From IMG/VR virus record IMGVR_UViG_3300027852_000040, positions 5,214 to 69,213 of that record: DNA of 64,000 nucleotides; one strand, given 5' to 3'. Below the pieces are notes generated by a model. That model was given only the letters and a program-made list of their open reading frames with translations. It was not told where the DNA came from and did no database searches. The stretch is from a virus. Below are positions 49,249 through 58,164 of this stretch, piece after piece. Position 1 is the first letter of the stretch; every line of letters begins with the position of its first letter. The translations under genes and the position numbers were made by a program.

Positions 49249-49659
49249 TTACAACTTTTTTACCACAAAATTCTTATATCTACCATTTTCTCCAGCAGTC
49301 TCTCCTAAGAATTTTATTCCCACTACATCTCCGGGTACAACTTCTTGTGAATCCATCTCATTTACAATTACAGTTGTTCCCCATACTGAAAACTTTTTAC
49401 CATCACCTGATTGAATAGTATAAACGTTTTGATTATACTTACCAATTCCAACTTCAGATTTAACTAGCAATCCAGTAATCTGATCGCCAACTTCTCTAAA
49501 TATGAAATTCTCTGGATAATCAGTAACAGTTACATCCTCATCCATTTTCTTCTCAAGTTCAGCTAATTTTGCCAATACATCCGGCGATAGTTTTGTAGAA
49601 CCACCCAAATCATCCATTATACTATCAACAGACATTTCATCATTTTTTGTTTTTACCAT
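49249..49659 (-). CDS. Putative OB-fold ssDNA-binding protein
   Basis: EVGDQITG...VWGTT...GIKFLG...YKNFVV pattern. Confidence 0.5.
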   Translation of the reverse strand: MVKTKNDEMSVDSIMDDLGGSTKLSPDVLAKLAELEKKMDEDVTVTDYPENFIFREVGDQITGLLVKSEVGIGKYNQNVYTIQSGDGKKFSVWGTTVIVNEMDSQEVVPGDVVGIKFLGETAGENGRYKNFVVKKL

Positions 49660-49725
49660 TTATTTGTTCACCTCCTTTATATTACATCTTGTAGTATATT
49701 TCAATCTTTTGTTCTTGTTTTTATT

Positions 49726-51168
49726 TTATATACTATTATTGTTAATATTAATATCATTAACACCATTATTTAGTGTTATCAGTGGATCAACTTTACCATT
49801 TCGTTCAAATGCGATCCTTCTCATGTAACAAGGTCCACAATTTCCACAAATATGAGTACCTTTATCACTTTTACCATCACTACCGCTTTCATAACATGAC
49901 CATGTAAGATGATATGGAACTTTAAGTCTCAATCCGATTCTAACTATATCATGTTTCATACAATTCTTTAAAGGATTTTCGATAATTACATGATTTCCCA
50001 TATTCGTAACATTTCCCATTAATTTATTGAACTTTATAAAAAAATTCTCTTCATTATCACTATAACTCCCACTTTCTTCCAAATTTACTCCAGTTGATAT
50101 TACATCATATTTGTGTGATTCAGTAAATGCAATTGCAACAGATAACATTACAGTGTTTCGTGCTGGCACCCATTCCATAGCTTTCTCCGTACCTTTTATT
50201 CCAGATGCAATTTTACTATCTGGATCGAGTAACGTGCTCCCACCGATATTTTTATACAGGGAAGTCATATTGATTATGTGCAGTTTACAGTTGTAATATT
50301 GAGCAATTTTCTTAATTCTATCAAGTTCTCTACTTTCTGCTTTACATCCATATGTAAAATGTAATAAGTCTACAGTTTGATACTTTAACTTTTGTATACC
50401 AATTACTGTTGTTGAATCTAATCCTGCTGAAGCAATTACTAGGCATTTTTGGTCCTTAGTATTAACTTCTGGTATTAATGACATTCTTCCACTTACACCA
50501 GCAGATGTTAGTCTTATCATCTCATATGGTCCTACTTCCAGTGGTTTATTGATAGTACTTTTAAACAATGGACTCAAGTATTCTTCAAGACTGGAATAGT
50601 AAATTGCCTCATCATTTTCATATATATAAATTGGTTTAAAATTATTCACTAATACTAAAGTACGTGGATCATCCACATTCCATATAGATAAGGCAAATCC
50701 ACTATCAAGGTGTCCTATAGTTTCATCTACACCAACTTTATCAACTAATTCACATATAACAGATGTATCAATTTTAGATTGTGGATGTAAGTCAAATGCT
50801 CGACATAATTCATCATCATTGGAAATTATTCCATTAAATGCAATAACTGTATCCCTAGAATTAGATATAAAAGGTGAATAATCATTCATATCATCTCCAC
50901 ACATAATTTCAGTGGTAGGAACTGCTCGACAGTTTCCCATAAACATATCTCCATCATTACAACGATTTTTTATTATATTATCAATTGCACTAAAGTCATT
51001 CATATCTACGTTTATGATTTTTAAAAATCCTTCTCTTTTCATGTCAATGTGAACGATTCCATTCGCATCCATTCCCCGAGCCCGTGACAATTTAAAGATT
51101 TGTTCAAAATTACGAGATCGTTTAAATTTCTCTACATCTTTTATAATAACTCCAAATATACTACACAT
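49726..51168 (-). CDS. queC: Gat-QueC fusion (class II glutamine amidotransferase + 7-cyano-7-deazaguanine synthase)
   Basis: N-terminal MCSIFG (Ntn Cys), RGMD, FNGII; SAGLDS, WVPARN, TWSCY...CGNCGPC; AGGAG RBS before Met19. Confidence 0.9.
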   Translation of the reverse strand: MCSIFGVIIKDVEKFKRSRNFEQIFKLSRARGMDANGIVHIDMKREGFLKIINVDMNDFSAIDNIIKNRCNDGDMFMGNCRAVPTTEIMCGDDMNDYSPFISNSRDTVIAFNGIISNDDELCRAFDLHPQSKIDTSVICELVDKVGVDETIGHLDSGFALSIWNVDDPRTLVLVNNFKPIYIYENDEAIYYSSLEEYLSPLFKSTINKPLEVGPYEMIRLTSAGVSGRMSLIPEVNTKDQKCLVIASAGLDSTTVIGIQKLKYQTVDLLHFTYGCKAESRELDRIKKIAQYYNCKLHIINMTSLYKNIGGSTLLDPDSKIASGIKGTEKAMEWVPARNTVMLSVAIAFTESHKYDVISTGVNLEESGSYSDNEENFFIKFNKLMGNVTNMGNHVIIENPLKNCMKHDIVRIGLRLKVPYHLTWSCYESGSDGKSDKGTHICGNCGPCYMRRIAFERNGKVDPLITLNNGVNDININNNSI

Positions 51169-51187
51169 TTTTATGTTACTCCTATAT

Positions 51188-51565
51188 TTATCTATGTGGA
51201 ATTTTATCGTCTTCCATTGCACCCTTTCTTCTATCTATAATATACGGTACCGATAATTTATTTTCGTATATTATTTTACAAAATTCAACTATATCATTAG
51301 ACATTACCGTAATAACTTCTCTCTTACCTTTAATTCTATATTTAAGGATACTAATGCTACTTGTATGAATAATTAAAGGATAAAATAAAGGAGTTAACTT
51401 TCTAACCACATATTTAGCTCTTCCATTGCTACTAAACTTTTTATCCAATTCACCTAAATACGGTACATTTAGATATACATTCATATCAGTATATACCGGA
51501 CATCCCCGATGTTTACCAACTGTGGTATGTTTATTTTTCTTATAGAATGTTATTTTAGTTGCCAT
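51188..51565 (-). CDS. Hypothetical basic protein
   Basis: Co-oriented ORF. Confidence 0.5.
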   Translation of the reverse strand: MATKITFYKKNKHTTVGKHRGCPVYTDMNVYLNVPYLGELDKKFSSNGRAKYVVRKLTPLFYPLIIHTSSISILKYRIKGKREVITVMSNDIVEFCKIIYENKLSVPYIIDRRKGAMEDDKIPHR

Positions 51566-51604
51566 GTTTATATCTCTTATATGTTGTTTAAATGTTTTCC
51601 TCTA

Positions 51605-51979
51605 TTACCATGCCATTGTTAAAGTATAATCTGAAATCTCCGTCTCATTATCTTCATCATCATTTATAAAATCATCCAAGTTTAACTGCTCACCATTTCT
51701 CATATTATACGATTCATCTCTAATATAATATAACATTAGCAATCCGTAATTTATTAAATCCATTACTGTATCTTCCACTGTTTCATTTACTTCTATACTA
51801 TTATCAACTGTATCATTATCCCAAACTAGTGACTTTATCCGACTGACTTTATCGTAAATGTGTACAAATAAACCTTTATTTCCCAAATTAAACACAGTAT
51901 CCTTATAAGTCTTATTCTTAGTACACATTAAATCTAAGCAGTCATTTGTTAAATATTCCATAACTTTTCTATTAACCAT
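51605..51979 (-). CDS. DUF1599/Nmad1-like all-alpha nucleotide pyrophosphatase-type protein
   Basis: KNKTY...DKVSRI...ETVEDTVMDLINY. Confidence 0.7.
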   Translation of the reverse strand: MVNRKVMEYLTNDCLDLMCTKNKTYKDTVFNLGNKGLFVHIYDKVSRIKSLVWDNDTVDNSIEVNETVEDTVMDLINYGLLMLYYIRDESYNMRNGEQLNLDDFINDDEDNETEISDYTLTMAW

Positions 51980-51996
51980 TTACACTCACCACCCAT

Positions 51997-52629
51997 TTAC
52001 ATAACATTTGACACTTTATGCAACTGTACTCCAACTCTTATATCGTATCCAGAATTAATTACCAGTTTTATTAATAAATTCAATCTTTCTCTAAATTCAA
52101 CATTATCCCAAGCATTGTTAAAGTATATTTTATGTAATCTCATATTAGTGAAATTATCTTTAATAAAATTAATCGACCACTCAAAATCTTCAACATTTGA
52201 AATTATGAACTTATATTCTCTATCAATTGAACTTACTTGATTTAAAATTTTATCATTAAAGTGCCCAACCATTTTAGAACTTGGTGTCTTAATGTCAACT
52301 GTATAGTGTATACCATCTATCTTTGGTAACATCATTGTTCCATTTGTTTCAATATTTACAGTGTATTCATTAATCTTTAATAATACTATTAAAGTTCTAA
52401 TATCAGCATGAATTAACGGCTCTCCACCGGTTATAGTGATATATTTACAATTAAAAGTTTTAATATTATCCATAATCTCAAATACATCCATCTCCGTGGA
52501 TTTCGGTGGATTCTTAGTATCACACCACTTACACTTCAAATTACATCCATCCAAACGTATAAATGTACAAATTCTACCAATATTTGACCCCTCACCCTGT
52601 ATACTTTTAAATATTTCATTTACTTTCAT
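51997..52629 (-). CDS. queE: 7-carboxy-7-deazaguanine synthase (radical SAM)
   Basis: EIFKSIQGEG, FIRLDGCNLKCKWCDT, TGGEP, IETNG, QLHK. Confidence 0.92.
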   Translation of the reverse strand: MKVNEIFKSIQGEGSNIGRICTFIRLDGCNLKCKWCDTKNPPKSTEMDVFEIMDNIKTFNCKYITITGGEPLIHADIRTLIVLLKINEYTVNIETNGTMMLPKIDGIHYTVDIKTPSSKMVGHFNDKILNQVSSIDREYKFIISNVEDFEWSINFIKDNFTNMRLHKIYFNNAWDNVEFRERLNLLIKLVINSGYDIRVGVQLHKVSNVM

Positions 52630-52645
52630 GTATGTGTACCAATTT

Positions 52646-53212
52646 TTATATTTTAATTAAATTATTCAATCTTATACGGTTATAAACAATATTAGAAATT
52701 TCTTCTAATCTTAAATTCATATCAGAATGTACAACATATATAGTATCATCTAATAAGAATACTTTTATCATTGATTGTACTCTTTGCCTTCTTTCTTCAC
52801 CCAAAACTCTTTCACCATTATCTACTATTGGTTGACTTTTATCCACATCAGTATAAAATGTTAAATCATATTTAGGTTTAAATAGATTAAACAATTTATT
52901 ACACTTTTCAGTATCAGAAGGATATTCTAGGGCAGTATAAACTTTCGTTAATCGTAAATCACTATCCGTCACAAATCCATTCTTTCCCCAATCTACAGCT
53001 TTATATATAGCCTCTACTTCTTTTTGATATTGTTTACATAATAGTTGCGGTTGTGTAAATTCGACCCCATCTCTAATATATTTAGCTGCAAGCTCATCTA
53101 CATATACTAAATCATACTTTTCAGCAATCTTTTTAGCAATTATAGTTTTCCCAGTACTCGAAGCACCAAGCATTGAAACTTTTAACATATTATTTTCCAC
53201 CATATTCTCCAC
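52646..53212 (-). CDS. NadR/AAA_28-type P-loop nucleotide kinase
   Basis: GASSTGKT, FVTD, YDLTFY, DNGER. Confidence 0.75.
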   Translation of the reverse strand: MENMVENNMLKVSMLGASSTGKTIIAKKIAEKYDLVYVDELAAKYIRDGVEFTQPQLLCKQYQKEVEAIYKAVDWGKNGFVTDSDLRLTKVYTALEYPSDTEKCNKLFNLFKPKYDLTFYTDVDKSQPIVDNGERVLGEERRQRVQSMIKVFLLDDTIYVVHSDMNLRLEEISNIVYNRIRLNNLIKI

Positions 53213-53588
53213 ATTTTATCTTAACAATAGCAGTAGATTTTTCTGTTTCATTTACTGATATTGTAACAATTTTATTATCAGATTTTAATTCATTTACTAT
53301 ATTTACACAAATATGTTCAGCCATTATTTCAGCAGTTGGATTTACATTCATTATAATATCATTTAAATGTGCATGATCGTATATGTTAACTATTTCATCT
53401 ATTTTCTTAAAATCCATTACCATACCAACTGTATTTAATTCATCTGTTACAATATGAACACTTATCTTATAATTATGTCCATGTAAATTGTTACATTTAC
53501 TATCATATGGTAAATCTAACTTATGACTAGCTGAAACTGTAATTTCTCTTTTAACTTCATATTGTTTATTTCTTTCAATTGTATTCAT
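53190..53588 (-). CDS. queD: 6-carboxytetrahydropterin synthase
   Basis: SASHKL, CNNLHGHNY, MDF, DHAHLN, NPTAE. Confidence 0.93.
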   Translation of the reverse strand: MNTIERNKQYEVKREITVSASHKLDLPYDSKCNNLHGHNYKISVHIVTDELNTVGMVMDFKKIDEIVNIYDHAHLNDIIMNVNPTAEIMAEHICVNIVNELKSDNKIVTISVNETEKSTAIVKIKCGEYGGK

Positions 53589-53597
53589 TTTACCCCA

Positions 53598-53843
53598 CTA
53601 CTCCTCCTCTTTACTAAATTCATCTACCAACATTCTAATTAATTTAGTTGTATCTGAAGGATGCAATTTATATAATAACTTCATTACTTCAAATATTTCA
53701 CTATACCGTGGTACATATCTAAATGGTCGATTTAATCCTTTCAATTTAAAGTATATCGTAACAATTTTCCCACGCCGCATATAAAACTGGTCATCTTCTA
53801 TGACAATTTTCTCTATAGCCTTTTGATATCCATTTTGTTTCAT
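53598..53843 (-). CDS. Hypothetical protein
   Basis: GGTGA RBS. Confidence 0.55.
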   Translation of the reverse strand: MKQNGYQKAIEKIVIEDDQFYMRRGKIVTIYFKLKGLNRPFRYVPRYSEIFEVMKLLYKLHPSDTTKLIRMLVDEFSKEEE

Positions 53844-53860
53844 GTTATATATTCACCTAC

Positions 53861-54328
53861 TTAATCCATTCTATTCTGATTGTGTCCATTATATGAACAA
53901 TATGAATTTGCATGATAGAATATTATTTGAGCAATTCTGCTATCTTTTTTCACTAAAATTTCTTGATTATTACTATTATGTAAAACAAAACTAATTATTC
54001 CACGATAACCAGAATCATATACTCCCGCAGATAATAATACACCTTTATCACTTATAGATGACCTTATATGTATTACACCAAAAGCATCTTTAGGTATATC
54101 AACCACTTCATTACATTTAGCTCTTCTCCAACTATGTGGATAAATTATTACATCATCATTAACAGTCACATCTATACCAACTTGTTGTATTTCAGTAAAT
54201 GTAGATGGTATGAGTATTTCTCTAACTATCACATCTCTTGGGTTTAAGTTTGCACCCTTATTTGGTCTCACATAATCGATGTTTTTGAGTAATTTAGTCC
54301 ATATTTTTTCCATTTCACTATTTTTCAT
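53861..54328 (-). CDS. Trimeric dUTPase/dCTP deaminase family protein
   Basis: RSS, GVYDSGYRG, RIAQIIF. Confidence 0.85.
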   Translation of the reverse strand: MKNSEMEKIWTKLLKNIDYVRPNKGANLNPRDVIVREILIPSTFTEIQQVGIDVTVNDDVIIYPHSWRRAKCNEVVDIPKDAFGVIHIRSSISDKGVLLSAGVYDSGYRGIISFVLHNSNNQEILVKKDSRIAQIIFYHANSYCSYNGHNQNRMD

Positions 54329-54394
54329 TTATCATTCCTCTTTTCTATATTCAATATATCTATCCTTCATATATATAATTTTAACCTTTAATCA

Positions 54395-54514
54395 TTACCA
54401 ATAACGTGCTTCATAATTAAGTCTATCTTTTTCCCTACACTTCGGACATAAACCAAAAAATCCACCCAATTCATGTGAATCGACAAATCTCCTTAAACAA
54501 TTTCTACATATCAT
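54395..54514 (-). CDS. 39-aa CxxC/CPxC zinc-finger microprotein (not in ORF track)
   Basis: MICRNCLRR...GLCPKCREK; AGGAG upstream. Confidence 0.55.
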   Translation of the reverse strand: MICRNCLRRFVDSHELGGFFGLCPKCREKDRLNYEARYW

Positions 54515-54518
54515 TTTT

Positions 54519-56270
54519 TCATCTCCTTTTATCTTCCACATTCAACATATCTCTTCTATCAATAAACTCCATCTTCTTACCAATATTCCAATTTTTTACA
54601 GGACGATAATATCCAACTACTCTACTATATATATCACATATACTCTTACAATTTGGACACGTTTCATATTTACCATATAATAAACCACATTTATGACATA
54701 TGCTACGTGTTGGACTAAAGGTTAAATATGGAATCTCACTATGTGATAGTATTTTACTTAATAAACTTTTAATAGCATCAACACTTGGTACACTATCTGA
54801 AAATATATGAAAAATACTACCACCAGTATATAATTTTAAAGTCTTCTCCTCAAATTTAATTCTATCAACTAAACCTATATCTGTGCTCACTGGTAAAGAT
54901 GTTCCTGTGGTATAGTAGGGGGAATCTTTAGTTCCCTGTGTATATGCAGTTGGAAATCGTTTAATATCAGTTTTAGCCAATCGATATGTCGCACCTTCAC
55001 ATGGTGTTTGCTCTAAGTTCCATAATTGGTTCGTTTCAGATTTATATTGGTTTAGTTTATTTAAGATAAAATTCATTACTTTAATTGAAAACTTTTCATT
55101 TGCCCATATATCGCTTCCAAATAAATTCACACATGCTTCATTGCAACCTATTATTCCTATGGTATTAAAGTAAGTATCAAATCCTTTAATATATTGACTA
55201 ATAAATGGATATAATCCATTATCAAACATATCATTAACTAATGATCTTTTAAATAAACTCTGCTCCTTTGCTGCATTTAATACCAAATTTAATCTTTCAA
55301 AGAACTTATCTTCATCCCGATTTGATACCATAGCTGCATTTGCTAAATTAATAGTACAAACTCCAATGCTACCAGTACTACCATTTATATCCCATAAACC
55401 ATTTTTCTCTTTAATATCAGCATTATCTAACTGTAATCTGCAACACATTGATCGTCTATCACTTTTACTTAAATTTGTACCACAATAATTTGAATAATAT
55501 GGTCCACCATATTTAATGGAATACTGAATTAACTTATTTGCAATCCTACTTTCCCAATCAAAATTTTCATCTACATCTACTGTAATAAGTGGAAATGTGA
55601 AAGGTTGTTCCTTATCATCACCACTAATCATTATATCAAGTAAAGCTTTATCAAATATTTCTATTTCTTCTTTATAATCATCATATACATTACTACACAA
55701 TTTTCCATCTATTATAACATGATTATCCTTAATATTAGAAGTATTAAATCCTAACGTTATATTACTAAAGACTGTTTGATAATTAGTCCTTAACGGAAAA
55801 TTTAAGTTATATATATAACGTTGAATTGTCTGTTTAACTCCATTGTAATCTAATTTATCTTTTCTAACAAATGGACTCATATATACATCAAAATTACTAA
55901 ACGCCTGTGCACCATTAAATTCTTGTTGAGCAGCATATAAGAAGTTCATACAATGATCTAATGCTGTATCAAGATGTTTAGCATAATGAGAAGAAGTACC
56001 GCCGATGTTTGAGATACCCTTTTCTAATATTAATCCTACATCATGACCAGAACAATATGAACAGATACCTCCATCTAAATCATGTATATGTAATGATCCG
56101 TTTATGTGATAGTTTCTAGCAGGACTGAGTCCTAGTAAATGTTTAGCTAGTCCAGTATTAGATATATAACTCCTCAAGCCACTAATACTAAAATTTGTGT
56201 TAGCGTTTTCTAGAATTCTCCAATCTTTTTTATCTAAATATTCTTGTATTTCTTTCATATGTGTATACAA
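54519..56270 (-). CDS. nrdD: Anaerobic (class III) ribonucleoside-triphosphate reductase, no ATP cone
   Basis: ENAN, HIHDL, PFTFP, RSMCCRL, glycyl-radical loop YSRVVGYYRP. Confidence 0.93.
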   Translation of the reverse strand: MYTHMKEIQEYLDKKDWRILENANTNFSISGLRSYISNTGLAKHLLGLSPARNYHINGSLHIHDLDGGICSYCSGHDVGLILEKGISNIGGTSSHYAKHLDTALDHCMNFLYAAQQEFNGAQAFSNFDVYMSPFVRKDKLDYNGVKQTIQRYIYNLNFPLRTNYQTVFSNITLGFNTSNIKDNHVIIDGKLCSNVYDDYKEEIEIFDKALLDIMISGDDKEQPFTFPLITVDVDENFDWESRIANKLIQYSIKYGGPYYSNYCGTNLSKSDRRSMCCRLQLDNADIKEKNGLWDINGSTGSIGVCTINLANAAMVSNRDEDKFFERLNLVLNAAKEQSLFKRSLVNDMFDNGLYPFISQYIKGFDTYFNTIGIIGCNEACVNLFGSDIWANEKFSIKVMNFILNKLNQYKSETNQLWNLEQTPCEGATYRLAKTDIKRFPTAYTQGTKDSPYYTTGTSLPVSTDIGLVDRIKFEEKTLKLYTGGSIFHIFSDSVPSVDAIKSLLSKILSHSEIPYLTFSPTRSICHKCGLLYGKYETCPNCKSICDIYSRVVGYYRPVKNWNIGKKMEFIDRRDMLNVEDKRR

Positions 56271-56330
56271 TTCTCCTTTATGTATTATGTGTATCTCTTT
56301 TTATATACATTATAATTCAATTATTATAAC

Positions 56331-56612
56331 TTAATCCAAATCCCTACTCCCTATATCAATAGTCATCATTCTTGTGTTAGAAAATATATCATCTTCATAA
56401 CCACTAGAAACTGGTTCATATATAGCTTTACCATTTACTTCTACAATATTGCCTATCCATTCAATTACTTCAACTGTGGCATCAAGTAGTAGAATGCTTA
56501 ACATTTGATTTTTTGTTATTGAAAAGCTATATATTTCAATTGTCTCTAATACATTTTTACCATTTTTTTCATACTCAAGTTCTTTAGTGCAATTTTTACA
56601 AATGACTCTCAT
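56331..56612 (-). CDS. Hypothetical protein
   Basis: GAGGTGG RBS. Confidence 0.5.
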   Translation of the reverse strand: MRVICKNCTKELEYEKNGKNVLETIEIYSFSITKNQMLSILLLDATVEVIEWIGNIVEVNGKAIYEPVSSGYEDDIFSNTRMMTIDIGSRDLD

Positions 56613-56812
56613 TTTATATCCACCTCACAATAACTTCACTCATTCAATACAAATACGTGTTGGAACTTCTTTTGTTCCCTTAATCTGTACAAATATTACT
56701 TCACCGTTATTACTATTTTCAGCAGCGACTATATTAATTGTATTACCGTTTACTATCGATCTTTTGACATTAAATTCTCTCATTTTTATGTTCTCCTTTA
56801 TTTGTGTTTTAT

Positions 56813-56857
56813 TTTATATAATATATATACAATTAATCATATATCAATCTATTGGTC
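56813..56857 (-). promoter_or_regulatory. Leftward promoter repeat
   Basis: CCAATAGATTGATATATGATTAATTGTATATATATT on - strand. Confidence 0.65.
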
Positions 56858-57148
56858 ACTTATATCTCATATGCAAACTACTAATAAAAGAATTTGAATC
56901 AAACGGTTCAATATTAGTACGCACAATACCAAAGTACATTACTAATATTGCAATGATTCCAAATAAGAATATTAATACTTGCTTACTACTATTATTCATT
57001 TACTTACCCACTCTTCGTTTTAGTTTAATTTCTACAGTTTCACCATTTTTTAATATTTTTACCACTTTCACAACTTCATGTTTCTGAAGTCGACCTAATT
57101 TCTCATTCGTTATGTTTACATTTATTTCTTCCATTTTTTATTTCTCCT

Positions 57149-57559
57149 CTACTCTAACATATGTCCAGCCAAATTTTTCTCTCTATTCACCCAGTTTACT
57201 CTTATATTTTCAAATTGATTATATAAGTCTTTTACTTCTGTGACTAGTTCAACGTTAGTCTTAATTTTCCAATTTCGATTTAAATGTCCTTCTACCAATC
57301 TTGAGTCAGTATAGATGATAATTTTATCTGTGTTCTTATATTTATGTCTGACTATATTAATAGCTTGCCGAATTCCTAAATATTCTGCAATATTACAGGT
57401 GCCCACTCCAACTTCTTTAATTAAATTGTTTTCTTTATACTGACAGTCATATATAGCGATTCTCATTGGACCAGGATTTCCTTTACATCCACCATCCGAG
57501 TATAGCGTATTGATTTTTTTTGTCTTACTTTTAGCTTTACTTTTAGTCATATAGATCAC
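57149..57559 (-). CDS. rnhA: Ribonuclease HI (archaeal-type)
   Basis: DGGCKGNPGP, NIAEY, TDSRLV, WVNREKN. Confidence 0.85.
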   Translation of the reverse strand: MIYMTKSKAKSKTKKINTLYSDGGCKGNPGPMRIAIYDCQYKENNLIKEVGVGTCNIAEYLGIRQAINIVRHKYKNTDKIIIYTDSRLVEGHLNRNWKIKTNVELVTEVKDLYNQFENIRVNWVNREKNLAGHMLE

Positions 57560-57576
57560 TTACCTTTTATATACAT

Positions 57577-58164
57577 TTAAAATCCTCTTAATAGAAAGAT
57601 CAATGATAATATGTTTATCTTTAACATACCCTCTCCACTAAGTCTATGATAATTCTTCTTATGTATATAATTTGGAATGTAAATGATAACCTTTTTAGTC
57701 ATATGATGTGCAGCCACCCCTTTACAATATCGATCTCCTAAGTAAATTTTAGGTTCTGGTAAACCTCTAAGCTTTGATTCAATGCGTTCGTCTCCCTTTC
57801 CGTCTATATAGTGAGAACTATCTTCTCCACATTTTCCTTTATGAGATTCACTCATTTTTTCACTTGATTCAATGGAATGATGCTTTCCAAACATAGGATG
57901 ATTTTCACCACAACGTTTTCCCTTAAGCACTTTACTCATTTTTTGTCTAACTTCTACCGATAAATGTTTACCAAACATTGGATTTCTTTTTCCCCTCAGT
58001 GCACAAGATGTACACAAATCTCGATAATTATCTTTAATTAGTATTCTCTCTTTTCCACAATCATTACAAATACAGACTATCTTCTTATCACTATGTACAC
58101 TCAAATCACATGAATAATACCCAAATAACTCAAACGTCTTCTCTTCATCTATCATGTAAATCAT
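57577..58164 (-). CDS. Zn-ribbon/NUMOD3/HNH-like protein (copy 5)
   Basis: Family start and end motifs; overlaps polB end. Confidence 0.7.
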   Translation of the reverse strand: MIYMIDEEKTFELFGYYSCDLSVHSDKKIVCICNDCGKERILIKDNYRDLCTSCALRGKRNPMFGKHLSVEVRQKMSKVLKGKRCGENHPMFGKHHSIESSEKMSESHKGKCGEDSSHYIDGKGDERIESKLRGLPEPKIYLGDRYCKGVAAHHMTKKVIIYIPNYIHKKNYHRLSGEGMLKINILSLIFLLRGF

